Notes under the pieces: generated by a model | The model's database searches: none | The model's input: only the letters and a program-made list of their open reading frames with translations | Told to the model about the DNA's origin: nothing | NCBI GenBank assembly: GCA_963749495.1 | Contig: CAVVMW010000018.1 | Coordinates: forward strand, 224,001-288,000 | DNA: 64,000 nucleotides | Direction: 5' to 3' | DNA from: an uncultured bacterium | Lineage (GTDB): Bacteria; Verrucomicrobiota; Verrucomicrobiia; Limisphaerales; UBA8199 | Made by a program: the position numbers and the translations under genes | In this document: piece by piece, positions 31,284 to 41,450 of the stretch | Numbering within the stretch: the first letter of the stretch is position 1 | Layout of the letters: the number at the start of each line of letters is the position of its first letter

Positions 31284-32277
31284 ATGAGAGAGACAGTTCA
31301 TCCTGTGCTTGGCCAGGAGACCTTCCTGGTGCTGGTGCTGGCTGGTGAGTGGCTCTGTTTCAACGGGCTGGGCCGGGGGTTCGGCTCGGTGGACAACACC
31401 TGCGACATTGTCCGGCACTCGGCCGAAATCGGTCTGCTGGCGCTGGTGATGACGCCGATCATCCTGAGCGGGGGCATCGACCTGTCGGTGGGCTCGCTGC
31501 TGGGTCTTTGCGGGATCGTGTTTGGCAAGCTGTGGCGCGATGCGGGCTTGCCCTGGGGGCTGGCCGCAGCCGGGGCGCTGGGCCTGGGGGCGCTGGCCGG
31601 CGGGGTCAACGCGGGGCTCATCGCCGGCCTGCGGCTGCCGCCGCTCATCGTGACGCTGGGCACCTGGTCGCTCTTTCGCGGGCTGGCCGAGGCCCTCACG
31701 GGCGGCGTGGACACCTTCACCAATTTCCCGCCCTCGTTCCTGTTCCTGGGCCAGGACCGGCTGTTGGGCGTGCCCGGCCCAGGCCTTCATTTTCCTGGCG
31801 GTCGCGGCTGCTCTCTGGCTGCTGGTCCATCGCACCGTCGTGGGCCGCTCGTTGCGGGCCATCGGGTTCGCCCCGGAGGGCGCGCTCTATGCCGGCCTGC
31901 CGGTGGAGCGGCGCCTGGCCCTGGTGTATGTGCTGGCCGGGGCGGTGGCGGGCCTGGCGGCCATCCTCTATACCGCGCGCGTCGGCCAGGCGCGGGCCGA
32001 CGCAGGGACCGGCTACGAACTGTTCGCCATCACTGCGGTCGTGCTCGGCGGCACCAGCATCTTCGGGGGCATCGGCTCGGTGCACGGCACCCTGCTCGGC
32101 GTTGCTGCCCTGGCGGTCTTGAACAACGGCCTGGTCCACGCCCGGCTGCCGCGCGAGGCCGCCGGCGTGCTCACGGGCGCCCTGCTGCTCGTCACGGTGG
32201 CCGCCGCCCGCCTCCCGCCTGGGGCCCTCCCCCGCCTCAGGGCCCGCTTGCCTCTACGACGACCCCCCACCGCGTAG
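31284..32277 (+). CDS. Sugar ABC transporter permease; frameshift ~31780
   Basis: GGIDLSVGS, PPLIVTLG, GYELFAITAVVLGG. Confidence 0.85.
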
Positions 32278-32540
32278 CGGTGTCTGATGGTAGCCGTGGA
32301 CTTCAGTCCACGGTTGTCGCGTCCGAATCGTCGTGCGCCGCGTAGCGACGCCTGATATCGTTCCCCTCACAAATCAACTTAACCAACCCTCCAAACCTAT
32401 GGCCAACACGTTGACGTGCCTCCAGAGAATGCCTCGCACCCCGGCGTGCTTTCCGGCGTCGCTACGCGACGCAAGTGATTTCTGGTTGCGGAGCCCGTGG
32501 ACTGAAGTCCACGGCTACCGTCAGGCACCGCTACGCGGTG
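32268..32540. repeat. Composite REP/MITE-like element with long terminal inverted repeats
   Basis: CACCGCGTAGCGGTG.CTGA.GGTAGCCGTGGACTTCAGTCCACGG and its inverse at the right end. Confidence 0.75.
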
Positions 32541-32591
32541 ACAAGGCCGCTGCCCCCATTTTTCTGCCTTGTCCTTTGTTTCCGCCGGGAC

Positions 32592-33044
32592 CTACGGCTT
32601 CAACCGCTTGAGCGTGGCGCGCTTGAGTTCGCGCTCGGCCTCGCGGCGTTTGAGGTCTTCGCGCTTGTCGAACTGGGCTTTGCCCTTGCCGACAGCCAGA
32701 GCGAGCTTGACTTTGCCGTTCTTCCAGTAGAAGGCCAGGGGCACCAGGGCGTTGCCTTTGACCTGGGCGTGGGCGGCGAGCTTGCGGATTTCCGATTTGT
32801 GGAGCAGGAGCTTGCGCGGGGCCTTGGGCTGATGATTGAAGAGGTTGCCGTGGGAATACTCATCGATGTGAGCGTTGTAGAGGTAGGCCTCGCCGTTCTC
32901 GACGCAGGCGAAGGCATCGGCAATCTGGCCCAGGCCGGCCCGGAGCGCCTTGACCTCGGTCCCGTGCAGGACGATCCCCGCCTCGAAGGTCTCCAGGATG
33001 TGGTAATCGCGCCGGGCCTTGGAGTTGGTCAAGAGGTCTGCCAT
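32592..33044 (-). CDS. smpB: SsrA-binding protein
   Basis: NSKARRDYHILETFEAGIVLHGTEVKALR, RKLLLHKSEI, DKREDLK. Confidence 0.97.
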   Translation of the reverse strand: MADLLTNSKARRDYHILETFEAGIVLHGTEVKALRAGLGQIADAFACVENGEAYLYNAHIDEYSHGNLFNHQPKAPRKLLLHKSEIRKLAAHAQVKGNALVPLAFYWKNGKVKLALAVGKGKAQFDKREDLKRREAERELKRATLKRLKP

Positions 33045-33080
33045 GTGCGGACGACGCGACCCTGGCTGGGCGCGACCACA

Positions 33081-33335
33081 CTAGTGTTTCTTGCGCTTCT
33101 TGCCGGCCGGGCGGGCCAAGGGCGCCACTTCCGGCATCTCGAAGCCGATCTTCTCTTCGATAATCTCGCGCAACGCGATGTCGGCGGCCCCGAGATTGCC
33201 CGTATCGGCCACGAGCGGACGGCTCAAGGCGCCGCCCCCGGAAGTGAGCTGGCGGACGCGGCGTGAAACCAGATTGACCAGAACGTTGGGATTGCCAACC
33301 TTCTCGAGTGCCTTCTTTGTAAATTCAGCGTTCAA
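33081..33335 (-). CDS. rpoZ: RNA polymerase omega subunit (TTG start)
   Basis: ALEKVGNPNVLVNLVSRRVRQL...DIALREI. Confidence 0.8.
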   Translation of the reverse strand: MNAEFTKKALEKVGNPNVLVNLVSRRVRQLTSGGGALSRPLVADTGNLGAADIALREIIEEKIGFEMPEVAPLARPAGKKRKKH

Positions 33336-33539
33336 AGCCTTTTTCCAGGTAATGCGAACCGAGCGGCATAAGGTAGCGTCCCAAGGGGCGAACGCAATCG
33401 AAAAGTGCGGCGCAAGAACCGCAAAATCGAGGCTAAGGCGGTGGAGAGGCAAAATCATTCTCGGCAAAATCGGTTCAAGACCCTCTTCCCATGATTCTGC
33501 CAATAATGATTTTGCCTGATGGTTCTGCCGTGTCCCGTT

Positions 33540-35209
33540 TCAGCGGGCGGCGGCGGTCTTCTTGGCCTCGAGCAGTTGCTCGATCTGGGCGTTGTGCGGC
33601 AGGCCGGCGGCCAGGGCCTTCTGGTAATGCCATCGCGCCAACTCGACCAGCGGCGGCTGCTGCGCCAGGTAATAGAGGGCGAGGTTTTTGTGGGGCTCGC
33701 CGTAGTTGGGCTGGAGCAGGACGGCCTTGCGGAAGGCGGCCTCGGCCGGGCCGCGCTGGCCCTTTTGGGTGAGGGCCAAGCCCAGGAAGTTCTGGATTTC
33801 ATAATCCTGGGGGTCGCTTTGCGCGGCGTGACTGAGGGCCTCCAGCGCCTGGTCATACTTCTCCTGCACCATTCTCAACTGGCCCAGGATGAGCAGGCTG
33901 AAGGCATCGTCCGGGGCCAGTTCCAGGGCCTGCTTGATGTGCTTCTCGGCCTCGTCCTGGCGGTTGAGCGTGAGCTGAATCAGCCCCAGGTTGGACAAGG
34001 CGCCGAGGTTCTTCTCGTCCTCGCGCAGGATCTGCAGATAGAGCGCCTCGGCCTTGTCGAATTGCTTGGCGTAGAAGTAGCTCCGGGCCTGGCTAACCAG
34101 GGCGGCCAGGCCGGGAGGCAGGTCGTGGACCGATTTGCGCACGGTGTTAGTCCGGGCCAGCTTCGGCTCCGGCGCCGTGAACAGGGCCAATTCTTCGGCC
34201 GAGTAAGGGACCTTTTGGGCTTCGAGCACCGCAAGCCGCGCCCGGAGTTTGTTGATCTCGGTCTGCTCCTGAGCCGCGCGGGAGGAGCCCTTGCCCTTGC
34301 GGGCGGCCAGGGCCTTGTTGGCGGCCTCGAGTTCCGGGTCAACTCGTCCCGCTGCCACTCGAGTTGCTTGAGGCGTTCGGCGTCCACAGAACGCGTGGGC
34401 GCCACCGCCGGAGCGGGCGTGGGCGCCACCGCCGAAGCGGGCGTGGGCGTCACTGCGGGAGCGGGCGGCGTCACTGCCGGAGAGGCCGGCGTCACCGCTG
34501 GAGCGGGCGGCGTCACTGCCGGAGGGGCCGGCGTCACCGCTGGAGCGGGCGGCGTCACTGCCGGGGAGGGCGGTGGGATTGTCCCGGTGGTGGCGGCCTT
34601 GGCCTGCTCGAGGCTGATGCTGAGCAAATCATTTTCTTTCCGGAGCGCCTTGATTCTCTCCTCTGCCTTGGCCAGTTCGCGAGGGTCGGCCTCGGCGGGT
34701 CGAACGGCCAGGGCCTCTTTGAGCTTGGCCTCCAGCAGGGCTTTGTCGGCCTGGAGTTGGTTCTTTTCCGCCGCCAGTTGTTGCGTCTCCTCCTTGAGGG
34801 CGTTGACCTGGTTGGTCCATTCGGTGAGCGCCGGGGCCGGGGCGGGCTGTGCGGCGGCGGGGCCCGGGGGCGGCGCCGGATTGGCCTGGCCGGGGGCGGT
34901 GCTGGAGGCGGGAATGGCCGTTACGGGCAGCTTGGCGCTAACAGCGGCGAGCCTGGACGCCAGGTAATTGAGACGGTAATCGACGGCGATGACATTCCAG
35001 TCCGGGTAGGCCTTGCGGAATTTCTGGAGGGCGGACTGGGCGACCGCGTATTGGGCCAGGGCCTGGCGGACCTGGCCGCTGTCGTTGAGGGTATCGGCCT
35101 CCCGGATCTGCTTGTAAATCTCGATGTAACGGTCGTCGGCCTCGCCGGCGCTCACCCCCGCCAGGGAACCGAGCAACAGGGCCAAAACCAGTGCGAAACA
35201 GCGTTTCAT
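33540..35209 (-). CDS. Secreted coiled-coil/TPR protein with PAVTP repeats; frameshift ~34340
   Basis: Signal peptide, heptapeptide repeats at 34397-34575, C-terminal TPRs. Confidence 0.8.
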
Positions 35210-35357
35210 GCTGCCCATGATACTGGGAGCCGCCGTAGAGGCGCAAACCCAAAACCTTGCGTCCGACGGGTCTGACGAGTCCGACCGGTCCGACGGCGAG
35301 CCATCATGGAGGGGTAAGTCCAAACCCTTGCGGGCTCGGGGTCAGTTCATGGAGGGC

Positions 35358-36281
35358 TCAATCATTTTCCCGGGCAGGTTCCCCTTCCGGGACCAACGCG
35401 CCCGGAAGGCCTTCCTGGGCGGCCCGGCCGCCAGGCTGCCGGCCGTTGTTCTGCCGCCAAATCCCAAGGATCGGCGCAGCCATGAACAACCAGGCGATGC
35501 AAAACAGCGGCCAGTTAAAGGCGCTCGGCAGCATGTTGCGGAGCGCGTCCACGCCCTGGCCGGCCACGCGCAAAGCATCGGCCATGAAGGTGTAGAGGGC
35601 CAGGGCGATGCCCAGGAAACCGAGCGCATTCTGCACACGGGCGGGGCGGCGCCGAGCCGCCCGGGCCTCGTCTCGCCCTGCAAGGGCGCCCCACGCGATC
35701 ATCAACAGGGCGATCGAAACCGGCGCGAGCACCGGCCCCCACCAGGGCAGTGGGACCAGGAAAAGGATGTCCCAATCCAGCAGCGAGTGCGGCCAGCCGC
35801 ATATCAGCCGCAGGAACACGTAATAGGCGATGTCCCACACGCCAAACGCCAGCGCGGCGCAGCCCAACCGCCCGCGCCACGTGCGCCCTGCCAGGATGCC
35901 CACCATCAGCAGCATGGTGAGCGTGGCCAACTCCCGCACCAGCTCGACCTCGCCTATTGCGCCGAGGACCGGCAACGGGTTCGGCTGATACGGCTCAAGC
36001 CGTCCAATCATCGTGCGCAGGTAGAAGACCACGGCGGACTCGACCCAGCCCATCGCAACCGCAAAGACACCGACCGTGAGCAAACAGCGGGCGCCCCGCC
36101 CCGGCCAGGCGCCTCTGCCTCGAGCCTGTCCCGAGAACTCCGATTCCGGACCCTTGTCGCCACCTTTGTCGCCACCTTTGTCGGAACCTTTGTCGAAAAA
36201 CCGGCCAATCCGACAAAGGTCGCGACAAAGGTTGCGACAAAGGTTGGCTCTCGCGGGGCGGTTAAGACAGGCTCGATTCAT
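35358..36281 (-). CDS. Hypothetical membrane protein (start uncertain)
   Basis: MGWVESAVVFYLR, ELVRELAT, WDILFLVPLPWWGPV transmembrane segments. Confidence 0.7.
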   Translation of the reverse strand: MNRACLNRPARANLCRNLCRDLCRIGRFFDKGSDKGGDKGGDKGPESEFSGQARGRGAWPGRGARCLLTVGVFAVAMGWVESAVVFYLRTMIGRLEPYQPNPLPVLGAIGEVELVRELATLTMLLMVGILAGRTWRGRLGCAALAFGVWDIAYYVFLRLICGWPHSLLDWDILFLVPLPWWGPVLAPVSIALLMIAWGALAGRDEARAARRRPARVQNALGFLGIALALYTFMADALRVAGQGVDALRNMLPSAFNWPLFCIAWLFMAAPILGIWRQNNGRQPGGRAAQEGLPGALVPEGEPAREND

Positions 36282-36371
36282 TTCTAGGAATCGCAGGGTT
36301 GCGGGCTAGCTCGACAATGTCAAGCCGGCGCCGGTTGCGATTAAAAGCGTCGGTCATGCGCTCGGGGGTTT

Positions 36372-36562
36372 TGTCCCGGAGGGACATCTGACAATAGCCC
36401 GGCGTTTCAACGCCGGGGAGGCCACAAGAGGGACCCCTCGTCCCGAAGGGACGATTGAGAACACGCCTTGCTTTCAGCCGTCCCTTCGGGACGGACCTGC
36501 TCTTTGGGTCCGCTCACCCGGCGTTGAAACGCCGGGCTATTGTCGGAAGCCCCTTCGGGGCA
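36372..36562. repeat. Composite REP-like palindrome element overlapping ispH 3' end
   Basis: AATAGCCCGGCGTTTCAACGCCGGG and inverse, internal GTCCCGAAGGGAC hairpins. Confidence 0.75.
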
Positions 36563-37459
36563 AAACGGCGCCGTGGGCTGATCAACGGTTTTAATCGCAC
36601 CCACCGGCGCCGGGGCCGGTTGGGCAGCGGCGTATTTGAGGAGCCACTGCTCGACGGCGTCGATCACCGCATCGGGTGTGGAGGTGCCGGCGGTCACGCC
36701 GACCGTGTGTGCCTGGGCGAACCACTCGGGGAGGAGGTCCCCGGCGGTCTGGACGTGATGAACGCGGGGGCAATAGCGGCTGCAGGAGCGGACCAGTTCG
36801 CTCGTGTTGTTGCTCTGCGCCCCGCCGATGACCACGACGACGTCCGATTGCCGGGCCAGCTCGACGGCCGCATTCTGGCGCAGCTTGGTGGGCTGGCAAA
36901 CGGTATCGATGAACCGCACCTCGGCGTTGGGAAAACGCTGGCGCAGGAGCTCGACCAGGCGCCGGACGCGCTCGATCGGCTGCGTGGTTTGCGCCGCCAC
37001 GCCGAACCGCCCCCGCTCCTGCAGTTCGTAAATGTCCCCCTCCGAAAGCACCACGTCGAAGTCCGCCAGGTCCTCGGTCAGGCCGCGCACTTCCGCGTGG
37101 TCGCGTTTGCCGACGATGACCGGGTGGAAACCTTCCCGCACCAGGCTGGCCACGGCCCGATGCGCCACCCGCACCAGCGGGCAGGTCGCCTCGCTCACGC
37201 GCAACCCGCGCTCCCGCGCCCGGTTCAAGGCCCTCGCCGAGGCCCCGTGCGCACTTACCAGGACCGACTGGGACTGGACGGCGCCGGGGTGAGGGGCGAT
37301 GCGGATGCCCCGCCGCCCCAGGTCCGCCAGCACGCTCTCGTTGTGGACCAACTCGCCCAGGACCGTTACAGGCCCGGCCTCCGATTGTTCCAACGCCAGG
37401 GCGATGGCGTCGCGCACGCCGAAGCACATGCCCAGGTGTCCCGCTCGAATAATTCTCAT
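36407..37459 (-). CDS. ispH: 4-hydroxy-3-methylbut-2-enyl diphosphate reductase
   Basis: GMCFGVRDA, ATCPLV, AQTT, DTVCQPT..RQ, SNN, GVTAGTSTP. Confidence 0.95.
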   Translation of the reverse strand: MRIIRAGHLGMCFGVRDAIALALEQSEAGPVTVLGELVHNESVLADLGRRGIRIAPHPGAVQSQSVLVSAHGASARALNRARERGLRVSEATCPLVRVAHRAVASLVREGFHPVIVGKRDHAEVRGLTEDLADFDVVLSEGDIYELQERGRFGVAAQTTQPIERVRRLVELLRQRFPNAEVRFIDTVCQPTKLRQNAAVELARQSDVVVVIGGAQSNNTSELVRSCSRYCPRVHHVQTAGDLLPEWFAQAHTVGVTAGTSTPDAVIDAVEQWLLKYAAAQPAPAPVGAIKTVDQPTAPFCPEGASDNSPAFQRRVSGPKEQVRPEGTAESKACSQSSLRDEGSLLWPPRR

Positions 37460-37535
37460 GGCATCGTTCCGGTTTGGGCCGTTGCCGGCCCTCTCGGGTT
37501 CAACGGCGCCCGCGGCGGACCGCCGAACCCACATT

Positions 37536-37554
37536 TACTTTGTATCACAAAGTA
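37536..37554. promoter_or_regulatory. Palindromic operator TACTTTGTATCACAAAGTA upstream of ispH
   Basis: 8-bp inverted arms; near copy at 38537-38554. Confidence 0.65.
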
Positions 37555-37593
37555 TAGGACCTTGTCAAGGGGCGTTTTGTTCATTGTCGCCCC

Positions 37594-37902
37594 TCATTTC
37601 GTCCGGCTCTGCCGGACGATCTCTTCCAGCAGGTTGATGTAATTGGTGAAGGCGCGCTGGCCTGCGCGTGTGAGCGAGCAGGTGGTCAGCGGGCGGTTGT
37701 TGTGAAAGGACTTGGTCACCGAGAGGTAGCCGGCCTCCTGGAGCGTGCGGATGTGGGTGGTGAGGTTGCCGTCGGTCATTCCCAGGGCGTCGCGCAGTTC
37801 GGTGAAGGAGAGGTCGGGCGTGGCGGCGAGCATGGACATGATTGCCAGCCGTCCCTTCTCGTGGATGACGCGGTCCAGATGGAGGAAGGGTTCCGGGTTC
37901 AC
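37594..37902 (-). CDS. Winged-helix transcriptional regulator (HTH_34/ArsR-MarR-like)
   Basis: LDRVIHEKGRLAIMSML...MTDGNLTTHIRTLQEAGY. Confidence 0.9.
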   Translation of the reverse strand: MNPEPFLHLDRVIHEKGRLAIMSMLAATPDLSFTELRDALGMTDGNLTTHIRTLQEAGYLSVTKSFHNNRPLTTCSLTRAGQRAFTNYINLLEEIVRQSRTK

Positions 37903-38531
37903 GTCTCATTCCTGCGTGACTCGGTGGAGTAGAGATAAATGCCGCAGGCGAGGTGGGACAGACCGAAGAACAGTCCCATCACCCCGTGGGCGAAAAGGAC
38001 CGGGTCCGGCTGGAAGGAAAGGCCCAGCGCCCCGGCCGCGCTGCTGCCCAAGACCAGGGCCCAGCCGAAGATCTTCATGCCTCGGGGCATGAAGAAGCCG
38101 GCCGCGTGCAGGGCGCAGCCGTAGAGAGCAACCCAAACCAGCGGCAGCCAGCGCATCCAGAGGGCGGTGCCGGCCGGGCCGGCATCGCGCGCCAGCAGGG
38201 CCAGGCCCAGGGCAAAGCCGAAGAAGAGCGGCGGCAGCAGGGCCTGGGCCACCCGGCGCGTGGGCGGGGACCAGAACGGCTCCTGGTCCTTGAGGGCCTG
38301 GCGCCGCACCAGCAGGAACGAGCCCGCCACGCCCACCAGGGCCACGGCCATCCAGTAGGCGATGAACTGGCGCGGCCCCTCCAGCCGCGCCGCCAGGCCG
38401 CCTACGGCGGCCAGCGTGCCCAGCACGCCGTTGGCCGTCATCACCGGGGCCAGGGCCCGGCGATACACGGCGGAACGTTCCATGAGCGTGCGGATGACCT
38501 GCAGATGCTCGGTAGCCCAATCAGATTCCAT
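37899..38531 (-). CDS. Hypothetical membrane protein co-transcribed with regulator
   Basis: EHLQVIRTLMERS then six hydrophobic helices; GTGA overlap. Confidence 0.8.
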   Translation of the reverse strand: MESDWATEHLQVIRTLMERSAVYRRALAPVMTANGVLGTLAAVGGLAARLEGPRQFIAYWMAVALVGVAGSFLLVRRQALKDQEPFWSPPTRRVAQALLPPLFFGFALGLALLARDAGPAGTALWMRWLPLVWVALYGCALHAAGFFMPRGMKIFGWALVLGSSAAGALGLSFQPDPVLFAHGVMGLFFGLSHLACGIYLYSTESRRNET

Positions 38532-38668
38532 GGCACTACTTTGTATCGCAAAGCCTTAACCCTGGCAAGTGTTTTTTTTGTGGAACGACGCAGCGGCGGA
38601 GCCGCAGCCCGAAGGAACGAATTGACAGCCGATTACAAGGATTTCTTTTATCCGTGCCATTCGTGCTG

Positions 38669-38892
38669 CAACCCGGAGGGTTGCCAGATGGTAGCCGGGG
38701 GTCGCGGCTACGACGCGACCCCCGGTGCGTGGCGGGTAAGGTCCGGCACCCCGGACGGGGTGCCAGAAACAGACGCACCCGGTCTGAGCCACCCTCTGGC
38801 ATCCCTCCGGGATGCGGACGCACTGCGCCGCGAGACCGGGGGTCTCGCTGCGCTTCGACCCCCGGCTACCCTCTTTCATCCCTCCGGGATGG
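38669..38892. repeat. Composite REP-like palindrome element
   Basis: GGTAGCCGGGGGTCG...CGACCCCCGG and inverse. Confidence 0.7.
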
Positions 38893-39069
38893 GCCGGGCT
38901 TGACGCGGGGCGGGCCTGCGGGCAGACTCGGGGGCGTGAAATCGGACACCGAGGCATGTTCCGCCAGGCCGCGCACGGCCGCGATGGCGCGCTCCGAGTC
39001 CAGCCCGGCGGCAGGGCGTCCGAGGCATCTCCAACGCAGGACCTGCAAACCAAACCCACCGCATTGTTT

Positions 39070-40398
39070 ATGAAACGACGTCATTTTCTCAAAACCGCCG
39101 CCTTCACCGGAGCCGCGGGGCTCATCCTGCCCCGTGTGCGCCTGTTCGGCGCCGACGCCCCGAGCAACAAGCTCAACGTCGCGCTCATCGGCACCTGGGG
39201 CCGCGGCGAAGCCCATTTCGACGGCCTGGCCACTGAGAACGTCGTCGCCCTGTGCGACGTGAACGAGGAGCACCTGGCCTTCGGGGCCAAGCGCTTCCCG
39301 GGCGCAAAGCAACACGTGGATTGGCGGAAATGTCTCGAACAGAAGGACATCGAGGCGGTCGTCTGCTGCACGGCCGATCACACCCATGCCTTTGTGGCCA
39401 ACTGGGCCATGAACCGGGGCCAGCACATCTATTGCGAGAAACCGCTGGGCAACTGCGTCGAGGAGGTCCGGGTGTTGCGCGCCAATTATCTGAAGAACAA
39501 GGACAAGCTGGCCACCCAGTGCGGCACCCAGCGCCATGAATACGAGAACTTCAACCGGGTGAGCGAGTTGGTCCGCGACGGCGCGATCGGGGACCTGATC
39601 GAGGTCTGCGCCTGGGGCGACCGCCAGTTCCGAAAGCCCGGCTACCTGCCGGCCCAGGGCCAGCCGCCCGCGACCTTCCACTTCGACCTCTGGCTGGGGC
39701 CTTCGCCGGAGCACCCCTGGAATCCGGGCTATTTCTCGGGCTCCTCGGGCATGAACTGCCTCTCCTGGAACATGTACTGGGACTTCGGCAGCGGGCAGGT
39801 GGGCGACATGGGCAGCCACACCATGGACCTGGCCTGGAACGCCATCGACGGCGCCCTGCCCACCTCCGCCCAGGCCAAAGGCGACCCCTTCAACCCGGAG
39901 GTCACCCCGGTCAAATTGCAGATGGATTTCGACCTTCCCGCCAATGACTGGCGCAAGGCCATCCGCGTCTCGTGGTACCAGGGCGGCGCCATGCCCGAGT
40001 CCCCGGTGGAGTACCTCGACCTTCACAAGATCGACCACGGCGCCTTGTTCGAGGGCACCAAGGGCTTCCTGGCCGCCGGGTTCGAGTCGCGCATCCTCTT
40101 CCCGTTGCGCGACAAGGCCGACATGACCTACTACAAACCCCGGCGCAAGGAGGAACTCTTCAAGCCGCTGGGCAATTTCCAAAGGCAGTGGATCAACGCC
40201 TGCAAAGGCAGCCTCAAGACCTCCTGCAATTTCGACTACAGCGGCACCATGACCGAGATGATGCTGCTGGGCCTGGTCGCCTACAGGGCCGGCAAGAAGA
40301 TAGCTTACGACGGCGAGGCGGGACGCGTCACCGATGCCGGCGAGTGCAACGACCTGCTGCGCCGCAAGTATCGGCCCGGCTGGACGCTCAACGGATAG
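39070..40398 (+). CDS. Gfo/Idh/MocA oxidoreductase, Tat signal
   Basis: MKRRHFLK, ALCDV, DHTHA, YCEKPL. Confidence 0.92.
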   Translation: MKRRHFLKTAAFTGAAGLILPRVRLFGADAPSNKLNVALIGTWGRGEAHFDGLATENVVALCDVNEEHLAFGAKRFPGAKQHVDWRKCLEQKDIEAVVCCTADHTHAFVANWAMNRGQHIYCEKPLGNCVEEVRVLRANYLKNKDKLATQCGTQRHEYENFNRVSELVRDGAIGDLIEVCAWGDRQFRKPGYLPAQGQPPATFHFDLWLGPSPEHPWNPGYFSGSSGMNCLSWNMYWDFGSGQVGDMGSHTMDLAWNAIDGALPTSAQAKGDPFNPEVTPVKLQMDFDLPANDWRKAIRVSWYQGGAMPESPVEYLDLHKIDHGALFEGTKGFLAAGFESRILFPLRDKADMTYYKPRRKEELFKPLGNFQRQWINACKGSLKTSCNFDYSGTMTEMMLLGLVAYRAGKKIAYDGEAGRVTDAGECNDLLRRKYRPGWTLNG

Positions 40399-40399
40399 C

Positions 40400-40990
40400 A
40401 TGTTCGGACAGCGCCTGGCGAGGGTCGGCGGGATCGGAGCGGTCCTGTTTGGGGTGGGGCTGGCGATCGGGGTCTTTGGGCCGCGCTGGTTGGGGATTGG
40501 CGCCGGGCCAAAGGTCTATAGCAGCGCCACTCTGCTCCAGCAGGTCAAGACGGTCTCCGAGTTGGTGACCGTGCAGTACGTGATCGAGAAGGTCGTGGTG
40601 GTGGAGGACGTGAAATGGATAGCCGGCCTGGGAGAGAACCGGGTGCTGTTGATCGCCCACGGCATTGTCAGGGCCGGGCTCGATTTGGGCCGCCTGCAGC
40701 CCGCCGACATCGAGGTCTCCGGCAAGCAGGTGGTCCTCAAGCTGCCGCCGATGCAGATCACCGAGGCCTATCTCGACGAGAAGGAGACGCGGGTGGTCGA
40801 GCGCTCGACGGGGTTCCTGCGCTCCTTTGACAAGAACCTGGAACAGACCGCCCGCCAAAACGCGCTCGAGGACATTCGGCGCGCCGCTCAAAAGGGCGGG
40901 ATACTCGACGACGCCGAGAGCCGCGCCCGGGCGCAATTGACGAACCTCTTCAGGCAGTTGGGCTTCGAGCAGGTCCAATTCCGTAAATGA
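40400..40990 (+). CDS. DUF4230-like protein
   Basis: N-terminal TM, SELVTVQY..EKVV, GIVRAGLDL, ILDDAESRA. Confidence 0.8.
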   Translation: MFGQRLARVGGIGAVLFGVGLAIGVFGPRWLGIGAGPKVYSSATLLQQVKTVSELVTVQYVIEKVVVVEDVKWIAGLGENRVLLIAHGIVRAGLDLGRLQPADIEVSGKQVVLKLPPMQITEAYLDEKETRVVERSTGFLRSFDKNLEQTARQNALEDIRRAAQKGGILDDAESRARAQLTNLFRQLGFEQVQFRK

Positions 40991-41115
40991 GTCCACAGTC
41001 CACAGTCCACAGTCCACAGTCCGGTTCACCTGCGCCATGCGGCGAGCCATCGGCTATTGGCTATCGCCCATCGGCTATTCCCGAATCCGTCCACAGTCCA
41101 CGGCCCATAGCGCGA

Positions 41116-41385
41116 TGGCGCAAGCCCGCCGGCAGACTGCACGCGCAGCACCGCCTCTTCGTTTCCTTCGTTTCCTTCTGTTGGTTTCCCTCCCTTCCTT
41201 CTGTTTGGCGCAAGCCCGCCGGCAGCCTGCACGGCCATGAGGCCTCTTCGTTCTCTTCGTTTCCTTCTGTTGGTTTCCCTCCTTTCCTTCTGTTTGGCGC
41301 AAGCCCGCCGACAGACTGCACGCGCAGCACCGCCTCTTCGTTTCCTTCGTTTCCTTCTGTTGGTTTCCCTCCTTTCCTTCTGTTC
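41116..41385. repeat. Three tandem ~90-bp repeats containing TTCGTTTCC motifs
   Basis: Units start 41116, 41206, 41295. Confidence 0.85.
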
Positions 41386-41450
41386 TATGCCCTTCTTGTT
41401 GAAATCCCGCTTGGCAGCGGGCGCCGGTTTTGGTTTAGTCAGCGCGCCAA

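Noticed and set aside
34397..34575. 21-bp tandem repeats as a DNA element
   Set aside because: Encode an ordinary Pro/Ala-rich linker (PAVTPPA)
41116..41385. Three ~90-bp repeats as a CRISPR array
   Set aside because: Whole units are repeated with no unique spacers, and there are no cas genes
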